Assembly: GCA_965602015.1 (NCBI GenBank)
Contig: OZ271918.1
Coordinates: 576,001 to 640,000 of the forward strand
DNA: 64,000 nucleotides
Direction: 5' to 3'
Origin: Salinispira sp.
GTDB lineage: Bacteria > Spirochaetota > Spirochaetia > DSM-27196 > Salinispiraceae
Part shown: positions 55,489-64,000 of the stretch, in pieces
How positions within the stretch are numbered: the stretch's first letter is position 1
Layout of the letters: each line of letters starts with the position of its first letter
Notes under the pieces: generated by a model
Databases searched by the model: none
Seen by the model: only the letters and a program-made list of their open reading frames with translations
What the model was told of the DNA's origin: nothing
Made by a program: the position numbers and the translations under genes

Positions 55489-56484
55489 ATGAAAGCGTTG
55501 AAATTTTATAACTACGGCGGGCCGGAAGTCTTACAGCTGGAGGAGATGGCTGAACCGGAGATTAATGCAAACGAGTTGCTTGTGCGTGTCAAAGCCTGTT
55601 CGATCAACTACGGGGACCTTATGGTCCGTAATCTGAAGAATATGACTGTCAAAGACTTTAATATGCCGGGATTGCTTTGGATTCCGGTAAAATTGATGTT
55701 TGGAGCCAGAAAACCGAAAGTGCATATGCTGGGAAATGAGTTCTCGGGGGTCGTGCAAAAAACAGGAAAGAACGTCACAAGATTCAAAGAGGGAGATGAA
55801 GTGTTTGGCTATACCGGACAAAGCCTGGGTGCTAATGCGCAACTGATAAGCGTAAAAGAGAATATCACGATTGCACAAAAACCAGTAAACCTTGATTTCA
55901 AACAGGCTGCCGTACTCCCTTACGGCCTAATCACGGCGTATAACCTTTTGAAAAAAGTGGATATTCAGCCCGGAAATAACGTCCTGATAATCGGGGCCAG
56001 CGGCGCTATCGGCAGCGGCCTGCTCCAGTTATGTAAAGCACGGGGGGCTACTGTCACGGGGATCTGCAGCACTGCCCGGTGTGATTTTGTTTCACAGCTG
56101 GGGGCGGACAAGGTCATTGACTATAAAAAAGAAGACTATCTGCAGTCCGAGGAGACGTATGACCTGGTCCTGGATGTGTTGGGGAAAGGTTCATACGGGA
56201 AAATCAGGAAGATTATGAAAGATCGCTCTGTATACCTATTGGCTAGTTTCAAACTGAAGCAGCTGCTTCAGTCCGTTACAGCAGGCTTGTTTGGCGACAA
56301 AAAGGTGAAATGCGTGATGACCGATGATTCATACAAAGACCTCGAAGAGCTAAAAGAAATTATCGAGAACTACGACCTGAAGGGAATTGTGGAAAAGGAT
56401 TTTCCCCTGGAAAATGCTGTCCAGGCCCATAAATATATAGAATCCGGTAAAAGAGGCGGAAATGTAGTTATCAGATTTGACTGA
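55489..56484 (+). CDS. NAD(P)-dependent MDR-family (quinone oxidoreductase-like) dehydrogenase
   Basis: YGGPEVL, G.EFSG.V, GDEVFG, IIGASGAIG, LGAD.VIDY. Confidence 0.9.
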   Translation: MKALKFYNYGGPEVLQLEEMAEPEINANELLVRVKACSINYGDLMVRNLKNMTVKDFNMPGLLWIPVKLMFGARKPKVHMLGNEFSGVVQKTGKNVTRFKEGDEVFGYTGQSLGANAQLISVKENITIAQKPVNLDFKQAAVLPYGLITAYNLLKKVDIQPGNNVLIIGASGAIGSGLLQLCKARGATVTGICSTARCDFVSQLGADKVIDYKKEDYLQSEETYDLVLDVLGKGSYGKIRKIMKDRSVYLLASFKLKQLLQSVTAGLFGDKKVKCVMTDDSYKDLEELKEIIENYDLKGIVEKDFPLENAVQAHKYIESGKRGGNVVIRFD

Positions 56485-56592
56485 GGGATGCGATTCATCC
56501 GAGTCTTGCATGATGGGGCCTTCATGCTAGAAGAAATCCTCCATTCACTGTGGCCACAAGAATTAATGCAACGGATCAGTTAAAAGGCGGTC

Positions 56593-57012
56593 ATGATGGA
56601 ACATGATGCATTGGAAGTGGTACGCTTGCTAGACGACACTTCTATCGACCTGATCGTTATCAGTGGCGGCACCTATTTTCCGGGTGCCGAAGTTATTAAA
56701 ACCAAAACCACCGGTCCCTACTTCGCCGAATTTGCAAAAGCTGCAAAACAGCGCACATTAAAACCGCTTATGCTCACCGGCGGCATTAAACACCGGGACC
56801 AGGCCGTCAAAATTCTCGAGGCCGGCATCGCAGATGCCATAGGGCTCGCTCGTGCATTAGTCATAGACCCCGACCTGCCCAATAAATGGTTTGGGGAGCA
56901 GACATTTACTATGGATGCACAGACTGCTTTGCGGCTGTACAACGAGAGAGATAGTGACCGTTGCAAGCGATGGTTGGCTCGATTCGGCAGTAAAAAACAC
57001 AAGCGATTTTGA
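56593..57012 (+). pseudogene. C-terminal fragment of an NADH:flavin oxidoreductase (Old Yellow Enzyme family)
   Basis: IDLI.ISGGTY, PYF..FAK, PLMLTGG, D.IGLARAL..DPDLP. Only 139 aa of a normally full TIM-barrel protein. Confidence 0.75.
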
Positions 57013-57068
57013 AGTATTGAAACATACTAAAGATAGGGAACAAACGCATCGCCCTGCTCAGGGAATAT

Positions 57069-57096
57069 AAAAAAATCCCCGCAGGATCGCGGGGAT
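57069..57096 (-). terminator. Intrinsic terminator of the acyl-CoA ligase gene
   Basis: ATCCCCGC-N6-GCGGGGAT with an A-run on the + strand (U-tract on -). Confidence 0.85.
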
Positions 57097-57125
57097 GTGA
57101 GGTGCAGGGACTTTGCCCGGACGTG

Positions 57126-59042
57126 TCACGCGAAGATTTTGTCGATTTCCTTTTTATACATCTCGCTGATTACGTGGCGCTTTATCTCCTGTTTGCCGGA
57201 AAGCTCCCGGCCGATTTCGAAGGGACCGGGGACGACGGCGAAGCGGGCGATGCGTTCCCAGTTTTTGAAGCCGTTCTTGGTGCTGACCGCTTCGGCGATT
57301 TCGCTCTTTATCAGGTCATGAACCTCCGGGCCGTCGATGAATTTTCGGTAGTCCTCGACGCTGAGCCCCTGTTCCCTCGCCCAGAGTTTGATATTTTCCT
57401 CGTCGGGAACGATGAGGGCGCCGAGGAATTTTTGATCCTGGCCGAGGGCGACGACCTGGCCGATGTACATGCTCTCGCGCATTTTATCTTCCATTGGAAG
57501 GGGTTCGACGTTTTCCCCGCCGAGGAGGACGATGGTGTCCTTCGCCCGGCCGAGAATCCGGATTTCACCGCGGCGGCCCAGCATGGTGAGGTCACCGGTA
57601 TTCAGCCATCCATCCTTGTCGATCACCTTGGCGGTAAACTCTTCACGCTTGTAGTAACCCCGCATGATATTCTGCCCGCGGACGAACAGAATGCCTTTTT
57701 CACCGGACTTCAGCAGATTGTTTTCCTCATCACGAACCTGCACTTCGCAGCAGTCGAGCTTGGATCCGATAGATCCGGTGATCGGTTGCCATTGTGTTCG
57801 TACTGATACCACCGGGGCGGTCTCGGTCAATCCATAGCCTTCGAGCAGCAGAATGCCCACCGCAGAGAAAAACTTATCAACTCCGCTGGGCAACGCGCCG
57901 CCGCCGGAGATTCCCGCTACAAACCGGGTTCCCAGCTTGGCCTTTATTTTTTTGAAGACCAGAAGGTTACCCAAGAGGTAGCCCGGAAGAAAAAAGAGCA
58001 TGGGAAGGATTCCCAGGATGATGTCGAGAATGCGTATCCGGGGCTTGTAGGTGGGCAAAAGCCCCATCACCATGTTGAAAAAATGGCGGTACAGTTTGCC
58101 GATTCCCAGGAAAAAGAAAAACAGGCCCTTCTTGACCTTGCTGCCGGCGTTAACGCTTTTAATGACCCCAAGCCGCACTGCCTCCCAAATCCGCGGCACC
58201 GAAGCCATCCAGGTGGGATTGATCTTCTGAAAGTCATCCAGCATGATTTTCCCCACCGGTTTTGAATACGCCAGGGCGCAGCCGTAGCAGACGGCGATAT
58301 ACTGCATAACCCGTTCGAATGAGTGCCAGACCGGGAGCACCGCAAGCCAAATGTCGCCGACTCCGATCCTGATTTTGGTATCGATGAGGTCGACCTGCGC
58401 CATGTAATTGTCATGAGTGAGCTGAACCCCCTTTGGCTCCCCGGTGGTACCGGAAGTAAAAATGATGGTGGCCAGATCCTCACGGCTGCCCTTTGCAATT
58501 TCATCCCGGACGAACGATTCCTTGCCCTTAATGAAATTTTCTCCAGCGGAGCAGACATCGGCATAGGTCATCAGCGTGATGCCCGCGGGGACCTTGACCG
58601 AGGAAGGATCGAAATCCCCATCGAGAACGATGATCGTCTTGAGGCTTTTTATGTCTTTTTTTACGCTGAGAATCTTTTCTACCTGTGAGGCGTTCTCCGC
58701 AAAGCTGATTTCCACCTCGGTGAAACCAAGAATGAAGCCGACCTCATCCGGCATGGAGTCGTTGCCCCTGGGGACGTCGGCTGCGCCGAGGCTCATCACC
58801 GCCAGATCGGCCACCAGCCATTCTTTCCGGTTTTCTGATATCAGGCCGATTAAGTCGCCTCGCTGTACACCCAAGGATGCCAGCCCCGCCGCCATTTTTT
58901 CAACTTCGTTGTAGAGTTGCGCGTAGGTAATCGGTTGGAATTGCCCGTTTGCATCTTTGCTGTACTGCACGGGCTGGGAAGGAAGCTTGTCGACATACTC
59001 GACAAAGGTTTGCGTGAGATTCTTGGACATAAACACCGCCAT
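57126..59042 (-). CDS. Long-chain-fatty-acid--CoA ligase (AMP-forming)
   Basis: IIFTSGTTGEPKGV, EGYGLTE, GWLNTGD, GRAKD..VL.GGENVEP. Confidence 0.93.
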   Translation of the reverse strand: MAVFMSKNLTQTFVEYVDKLPSQPVQYSKDANGQFQPITYAQLYNEVEKMAAGLASLGVQRGDLIGLISENRKEWLVADLAVMSLGAADVPRGNDSMPDEVGFILGFTEVEISFAENASQVEKILSVKKDIKSLKTIIVLDGDFDPSSVKVPAGITLMTYADVCSAGENFIKGKESFVRDEIAKGSREDLATIIFTSGTTGEPKGVQLTHDNYMAQVDLIDTKIRIGVGDIWLAVLPVWHSFERVMQYIAVCYGCALAYSKPVGKIMLDDFQKINPTWMASVPRIWEAVRLGVIKSVNAGSKVKKGLFFFFLGIGKLYRHFFNMVMGLLPTYKPRIRILDIILGILPMLFFLPGYLLGNLLVFKKIKAKLGTRFVAGISGGGALPSGVDKFFSAVGILLLEGYGLTETAPVVSVRTQWQPITGSIGSKLDCCEVQVRDEENNLLKSGEKGILFVRGQNIMRGYYKREEFTAKVIDKDGWLNTGDLTMLGRRGEIRILGRAKDTIVLLGGENVEPLPMEDKMRESMYIGQVVALGQDQKFLGALIVPDEENIKLWAREQGLSVEDYRKFIDGPEVHDLIKSEIAEAVSTKNGFKNWERIARFAVVPGPFEIGRELSGKQEIKRHVISEMYKKEIDKIFA

Positions 59043-59149
59043 TTTTCTATGTATATATTAGTAAATCATAGTATCACGGCGATGGATTCAAGGCCACAGA
59101 ATTCTTGAAGGGCATTCAGGAAAGAATGCTGGTTATGGGTCCGGGGATA

Positions 59150-60229
59150 TTATCCGTGGGAAAGAAGCAGCTTGCCCCGAACTGCGCCTGACTTGAGCAT
59201 ATTCCATGCGTCATTTGCCTTCTCCAACGGAATCTCCGAGTGGATCAGCGGTGAAATTTTTCCCTCGGAAGCGAGGTGCAACAGGCTCGCCAGATCTTCC
59301 CGGTACCAGTTGTTCTTTTTTTCCGGATCTATAAGATAGAGGCTTCCCCGGCATCGGGCGGTGGGAAGGAAAAACCCCAGGCTTTTGGCCACGAAGGGCA
59401 GCATCTTGAAAAAGTCCCCCCGATGGTAATGCTCGAGGAAACCGAAAACCGCAACACAGCCCCTGCGGTGAAGCAGCCTGCGGCTTGAACGGGCGCTGAG
59501 AAAACCCCTGCTTTCGAACACCGCATCGAGACCCTGGGCTTCGTCCCGTTGTATGAGTGCGTATGGATTTTCCTGATTACGGTCCAGGGGGATTCCCCCG
59601 AGCTCCCGTACAAGGTCCATCTTGCCGGCGCTGCAGCTCCCGTAGGCCTTGATGGAGAACAGCCGGGCCAGCTCGAGAAGCGCGCTGCCCACCCCGCCGG
59701 CTGCGGACTGAACGAGAATTACCGGTGGCCTTCCCCCGACGGGGAGAAGACGGGGCAATCGTGCAATGCGGAACAACAGCTGCCAGGCGGTGAGATAGTT
59801 GAGGTTTATGGCGCAGGCGGAGGAGAAATCAAGACCGTCCGGAAGCCTGGCAATCAGCTCGGTGGATATCTCAATACAGTCAGCGTATCCGCCGGTTGTG
59901 CAAAACGCGGTGACCCGGTCTCCCCGGGCCCATCCCTCATCTGCTGCCCGGCTGCCGACAGCGATAATGGTACCCGATACGTCGTAGCCCGGAACCCAGG
60001 GGTAGGAGCCGATGGGGATAGCGGTGTCGGTGGACCGGATGATGTCGCCGAAGGCTACTCCGCTGCGTTCGACCTCAATCAGTACATTGGCTTCCGAGGG
60101 CTCCGGTCGAATCAGGTTAATGAGCTCGAGACGGTCCGAATTATCCGGTCCGCAAAAGGCCATGGCTCGGCAGGTTTTTGGCAGTATTGGTGCATCGGTA
60201 TTGTTGTTCATCTCAGTAGACTCCATCAT
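59150..60229 (-). CDS. MDR-family (zinc-binding dehydrogenase-like) oxidoreductase
   Basis: P.VPGYD..G, GGYA, NYLTAWQ.L, AAGGVGSA, GKLLL. Confidence 0.88.
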   Translation of the reverse strand: MMESTEMNNNTDAPILPKTCRAMAFCGPDNSDRLELINLIRPEPSEANVLIEVERSGVAFGDIIRSTDTAIPIGSYPWVPGYDVSGTIIAVGSRAADEGWARGDRVTAFCTTGGYADCIEISTELIARLPDGLDFSSACAINLNYLTAWQLLFRIARLPRLLPVGGRPPVILVQSAAGGVGSALLELARLFSIKAYGSCSAGKMDLVRELGGIPLDRNQENPYALIQRDEAQGLDAVFESRGFLSARSSRRLLHRRGCVAVFGFLEHYHRGDFFKMLPFVAKSLGFFLPTARCRGSLYLIDPEKKNNWYREDLASLLHLASEGKISPLIHSEIPLEKANDAWNMLKSGAVRGKLLLSHG

Positions 60230-60270
60230 GCTTTATCAGTATAGTGCCAGAAATTACAGGAAGGAAAGCA

Positions 60271-60564
60271 GTGAACAGTAATCAACGCAATTATCTGCGC
60301 AAGGAAGCCCATGCATTAAAGCCGGTCGTCATGATTGGGCAAAACGGCCTGAGCGAATCAGTAGTAAAAGCCAGTGAGCAGGCGCTGGCATCCCATGAGC
60401 TTATCAAAATTAAATTTCAGGACTACAAGGATGAAAAGCGGTCTTTGGCAGAAGACCTGGCGGCCAAAACCGGCTCGGATGTGGTCAGCCTGATAGGCAA
60501 TATCCTCACCTTGTACCGCCAATCCGCGGACCTGGAAAAGCGCCGGTTTCGCCTCCCTTCATAG
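60271..60564 (+). CDS. yhbY: Ribosome assembly RNA-binding protein YhbY
   Basis: QR.YLR..AH.LKPVV.IG.NG, HELIK, IG...LYR. GTG start. Confidence 0.93.
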   Translation: MNSNQRNYLRKEAHALKPVVMIGQNGLSESVVKASEQALASHELIKIKFQDYKDEKRSLAEDLAAKTGSDVVSLIGNILTLYRQSADLEKRRFRLPS

Positions 60565-60639
60565 CCGTACTTTTGTGGCCGTCCTTTCACGGCCCTATTT
60601 TCGTGAGCAGTACGCCGGGGCGGAAAAGGCCTGGTTCTA

Positions 60640-61941
60640 TCAGCGCCGCATGGCGCGCACTTCCTCGGCGATCCGTTTTAGCCCTTCTTCCACAACCTCA
60701 TCGCTCTGGCCAAAATTGATGCGGATGCACTGGTTCCCGTGGTCCCAGGGTTCTTCAAGACCGTATACGAAGTAGCGTCCGGGCACGATGATGACCTGCC
60801 GGGCTTTTAAGCGGTCGTAGAGTTCTCCGGTATCTACCGATCCGTCGTCAAACCAAAGCCAGAGAAACAGGGCCCCGCCGCTTTGATGGATCCGGTAGGG
60901 GATCCCCGTGAAATAGCGGTGGATGAGGTCCTGGGCTCTCTTCGATTTATCGCGGTAGAAGGGCATAACCACATTTCGGCTGAGACTCAGGATTTCACCG
61001 CTGTCAATTAGCGGGCGGGTGATCATTTGGCCCATGGTATTATTGGCCAGGGACATGATGGCGTTTACCGCGGTGATGGCCTGAACTATCTCCTCACGGG
61101 CGATTATGATACCGGTACGGGTGGAGGGGAGTCCGATTTTCGACAGGCTCATGCCTAAAATGATATTTTCATTCCAGATAGGCGCAGCATCGACGAAGAG
61201 AATGTTGGGAAACGGGGTGCCGTATGCGTTGTCGATCAGAAGAGGAATTGAGTTTTCTTTCGCCAGGGCATCAAGCCTGAGGATTTCATCATCGCTCAGC
61301 ACGTTCCCCGTGGGATTGGTCGGTCTTGAAACGCATATGGCAGAAATATCAGCTCCGATATTTATCGCGTCGAAATCAACATGGTATTTAAAGTAGTGTT
61401 CGCCGATCAGTTCGATTTTTGGTTTGACTGAGGTGAAGTGCCGGTGCCCGATTCCCTGGTCCGCATAGCCGATGTACTCGGGCATGAGCGGCAGCAGGAT
61501 GCGCTGGATATCCCGGCCGGCGGCCTCCCCGTGGCGACGGGTTCCCGCCCCTTCTCCGCGGCCCGAATCCAGTTCACCGGAGAGCAGGTTGAAAAGCATA
61601 AAAAATCCGCTTTGGCTGCCGTTTGTCACCGCGATATTTTCCGGCCCAAGGTCCCAGCCGAATTCCCTTCGCAGCATCGAGGACAAGGACTCAAGGAAGG
61701 CGTTTTTTCCCTGCGGGGTGTCGTAATTTGCGAGCCCCCGTTCCAGTTCATCGCCATTGGCCATGATTTCTTCCATACGCCGGCGCCATACCGCATTGAT
61801 CTCGGGTATTACCGCCGGATTTCCGCCGCCGAGCATATATTTTTCGCCGGGATCCTGCATGGCCTTACCCAGGTCATCCATTAATTCCAGTATTCCGCTG
61901 CGGGACGTCAGCTTTTTTCCAAAATCAGACCAGTTAATCAT
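60640..61941 (-). CDS. avtA: Valine--pyruvate aminotransferase
   Basis: SGILELMDDL, MLGGGNPA, NGSQS.FF, PEYIGY.D, SRPTNPTGN, SLSKIGLP. Confidence 0.93.
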   Translation of the reverse strand: MINWSDFGKKLTSRSGILELMDDLGKAMQDPGEKYMLGGGNPAVIPEINAVWRRRMEEIMANGDELERGLANYDTPQGKNAFLESLSSMLRREFGWDLGPENIAVTNGSQSGFFMLFNLLSGELDSGRGEGAGTRRHGEAAGRDIQRILLPLMPEYIGYADQGIGHRHFTSVKPKIELIGEHYFKYHVDFDAINIGADISAICVSRPTNPTGNVLSDDEILRLDALAKENSIPLLIDNAYGTPFPNILFVDAAPIWNENIILGMSLSKIGLPSTRTGIIIAREEIVQAITAVNAIMSLANNTMGQMITRPLIDSGEILSLSRNVVMPFYRDKSKRAQDLIHRYFTGIPYRIHQSGGALFLWLWFDDGSVDTGELYDRLKARQVIIVPGRYFVYGLEEPWDHGNQCIRINFGQSDEVVEEGLKRIAEEVRAMRR

Positions 61942-62018
61942 GGTCCCACTCTACATGTATCGAAGGGGACCGTGCAATGCTTCTTGCCCGACGGGCGATA
62001 ATTGGCGATTATAGTGCC

Positions 62019-62495
62019 ATGATTCTGTTTTTTAACTCCCTTGAGCAGGTGGTGATTCTGAGTCTCTCCGTTGTTTTGGGGCTCATGCTGTTTGACATGC
62101 TGGTGATGATTCCGTATCTGCGCGATCGCCTCTCCTCAGAAATCGCGAGGCTTTTCAGCGGACGGCTTTCTTCGGCTGCATTCGTTTTTCTCGCTGTGTG
62201 GAAGCTGTCTCCGGTGGTCCTGCGCTTCTCCGATGTGATTTCCCGTCCCATTTTGCTTCTGTACGCCCCGGGCGGGCCGATCGGCGGCATTGCGGGCTTG
62301 ATTGCCGCGGGCCTGTTCATGGCGCCTCTGCTTCCCCAGGGACGGCTGCTATGGGAGCGGGTGGGTGAGCAGAAAAAGCCGGTTCTGGCCGTGAATGTCA
62401 CGTTGATGATCGCCCTGGTGATTGTGGTATATTTTGCCGCGGGAGCTGCATTCGACGCCTATAACGCCTCGCGCCTCGGTCTCAGAAGCCTCTAA
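62019..62495 (+). CDS. Hypothetical membrane protein
   Basis: Four hydrophobic segments; WKLSP..., LY.PGG..G. Confidence 0.55.
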   Translation: MILFFNSLEQVVILSLSVVLGLMLFDMLVMIPYLRDRLSSEIARLFSGRLSSAAFVFLAVWKLSPVVLRFSDVISRPILLLYAPGGPIGGIAGLIAAGLFMAPLLPQGRLLWERVGEQKKPVLAVNVTLMIALVIVVYFAAGAAFDAYNASRLGLRSL

Positions 62496-63993
62496 ACCAG
62501 CGGGTTATCTGTGCGCTCGGGTCGTACCCGTTAAAAACTTGGCCGATATAATCATATTCGCCGCTGCAGTTGTTAAAGTGATAATCATTCTTCCACTTCC
62601 CGATATGGACAGCGGTCTGACTAATCGCCTCTATTATATATGAGATTTCCGCATCGCTCATTACGGGATGGAGGCTGAGACGGACCCATCCGGGTTTTTC
62701 ACTCAGGTCTCCCGAATCGATCTCCCGGGTTATGCGCACCGACTCTTCGCGGCTGACGTGCAGCAGCCAGTGACCGTAGGTTCCGGCGCAGCTGCACCCG
62801 CCCCGCACCTGAATCCCGAAATGGTCGTTGAGGATGGCGACGATGAGGTTGTGGTGAATCTCCTCCATATAAAAAGATAGTACCCCCAGCTGACCGGGAC
62901 GGGGCAGGGTGTTTTCGTCTCCCAGAATATGAAGGCCGGGAATGGCGTTCAGGCCGGCTACTGCCTGTTGGAGAAGCTGCGCTTCCCGCTCGGCCATCCG
63001 CCCAGTCCCCATGGATTCTTTTACTCCGATAGATAGCGCCGTTCTGATTGTCTGCAGAAAGGGCGGAGTTCCCCCATCCTCACGGGCTTCGATGTCGGTC
63101 ACATAGCTCCGTTCGCCCCAGCGGTTCGTCCAGTTCACCGTGCCGCCTCCGGGGTTATCCGGAACGGCGTTGTGGTACAGACTGCGGTTAAACACCAACA
63201 CGCCGGCCGAGCCGGGTCCTCCGAGGAATTTATGGGGCGAGAAAAAAATGCCGTCCAAGTATCCGTCGGGATCATCAACGGGATGCATATCGATATCAAC
63301 GTACGGGGCGGATGCGGCAAAGTCCACAAACGCAACGCCTCCGTAACGGTGCATAATCCTGGCCAGCTCCCTGTACGGCGGAACAAATCCGGTCACATTG
63401 CTTGCCGCACTGAACGAGCCGATTTTCACGCTTCGGTGGGAATACTGCTGTAACTGCCGCTCGAGTTCCTTGGGATTAACATCGAGATTTTCGTCCGGTT
63501 CGAGAACCACCACCTCCGCGGATGTCTCGAGCCAGCTGATATGGTTGGAGTGATGTTCCATGTGGGTGAGGAAGACCACCGGGGCGTCATTATCCGCTTC
63601 TCTTTTAATCGGAAGCCCCCCCCGAAGATCCAGGGCAGGGGCCGGCCGGCGGAGACCGAGTATCCGCTGGAGTTTGTTTACCACCGCGGTCATGCCGCTG
63701 CCGGCGGATATCAGAATTTCATCAGGGCCGGCATTCACATGATCTTTTATTCGCTGTTGGGCGTCGTGGTAGGCCCGGGTCATTGCCCGGCCGGTGCTGC
63801 TGGCTTCGCTGTGGGTATTGGCCACCATCGGTCCGACTTCGTTGATAAGACGTTCTTCAATGGGATGATACAGCCGGCCGCTGGCAATCCAGTCGGCATA
63901 GACCAACGGAACCTCGCCAAGCGGTCCCATCAGGCGCTTATCGACTCCTACAATGTGCTTACGAAATTCTGCGAAATGTTTATCCAGGTTCAT
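62482..63993 (-). CDS. Aminotransferase class V / cysteine desulfurase-like PLP enzyme
   Basis: YADWIASGR, ANTHSE, EHHSN, ASNVTG, SPHKFLGGPG, RGGCSCAG. Confidence 0.9.
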   Translation of the reverse strand: MNLDKHFAEFRKHIVGVDKRLMGPLGEVPLVYADWIASGRLYHPIEERLINEVGPMVANTHSEASSTGRAMTRAYHDAQQRIKDHVNAGPDEILISAGSGMTAVVNKLQRILGLRRPAPALDLRGGLPIKREADNDAPVVFLTHMEHHSNHISWLETSAEVVVLEPDENLDVNPKELERQLQQYSHRSVKIGSFSAASNVTGFVPPYRELARIMHRYGGVAFVDFAASAPYVDIDMHPVDDPDGYLDGIFFSPHKFLGGPGSAGVLVFNRSLYHNAVPDNPGGGTVNWTNRWGERSYVTDIEAREDGGTPPFLQTIRTALSIGVKESMGTGRMAEREAQLLQQAVAGLNAIPGLHILGDENTLPRPGQLGVLSFYMEEIHHNLIVAILNDHFGIQVRGGCSCAGTYGHWLLHVSREESVRITREIDSGDLSEKPGWVRLSLHPVMSDAEISYIIEAISQTAVHIGKWKNDYHFNNCSGEYDYIGQVFNGYDPSAQITRWFRGF

Positions 63994-64000
63994 GGCTGGT

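Noticed and set aside
39588..57012. Prophage, integron or IS-bounded island
   Set aside because: No integrase, transposase, phage genes, tRNA target or recurring attC-like sites were seen.

Overview
A 64-kb chromosomal segment of moderate GC, most likely from a free-living spirochaete (Spirochaetaceae-like). This is inferred from the Treponema/Borrelia-type CheY with an N-terminal extension, a stand-alone rpsD and spirochaete-style signal peptides. The left part (1-17.7 kb) is mostly housekeeping and stress genes: rpsD 3' end, two Hsp20 genes behind a sigma54 promoter, CopZ-like chaperone, ABC-F ATPase, class II photolyase, NtrC-type regulator, CheY, a peptide/nickel ABC transporter, ackA and a DUF2779 nuclease-like gene followed by a GC-rich tandem repeat array. 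The middle (about 18-57 kb) is a mosaic accessory region. It holds an uncharacterised six-gene glycosyltransferase operon, an ECF sigma module, a BlaI/BlaR1-like module bracketed by a 41-bp direct repeat, an amino-acid ABC transporter and an NDQ-motif (Na+-pump type) rhodopsin with unusual substitutions. It also holds small regulator-target modules with visible operators and at least three gene remnants. The right end is metabolic (acyl-CoA ligase, YhbY, avtA, class V aminotransferase). I saw no rRNA, tRNA, CRISPR, integrase or transposase. All family calls come from motif recognition by eye, not database searches.
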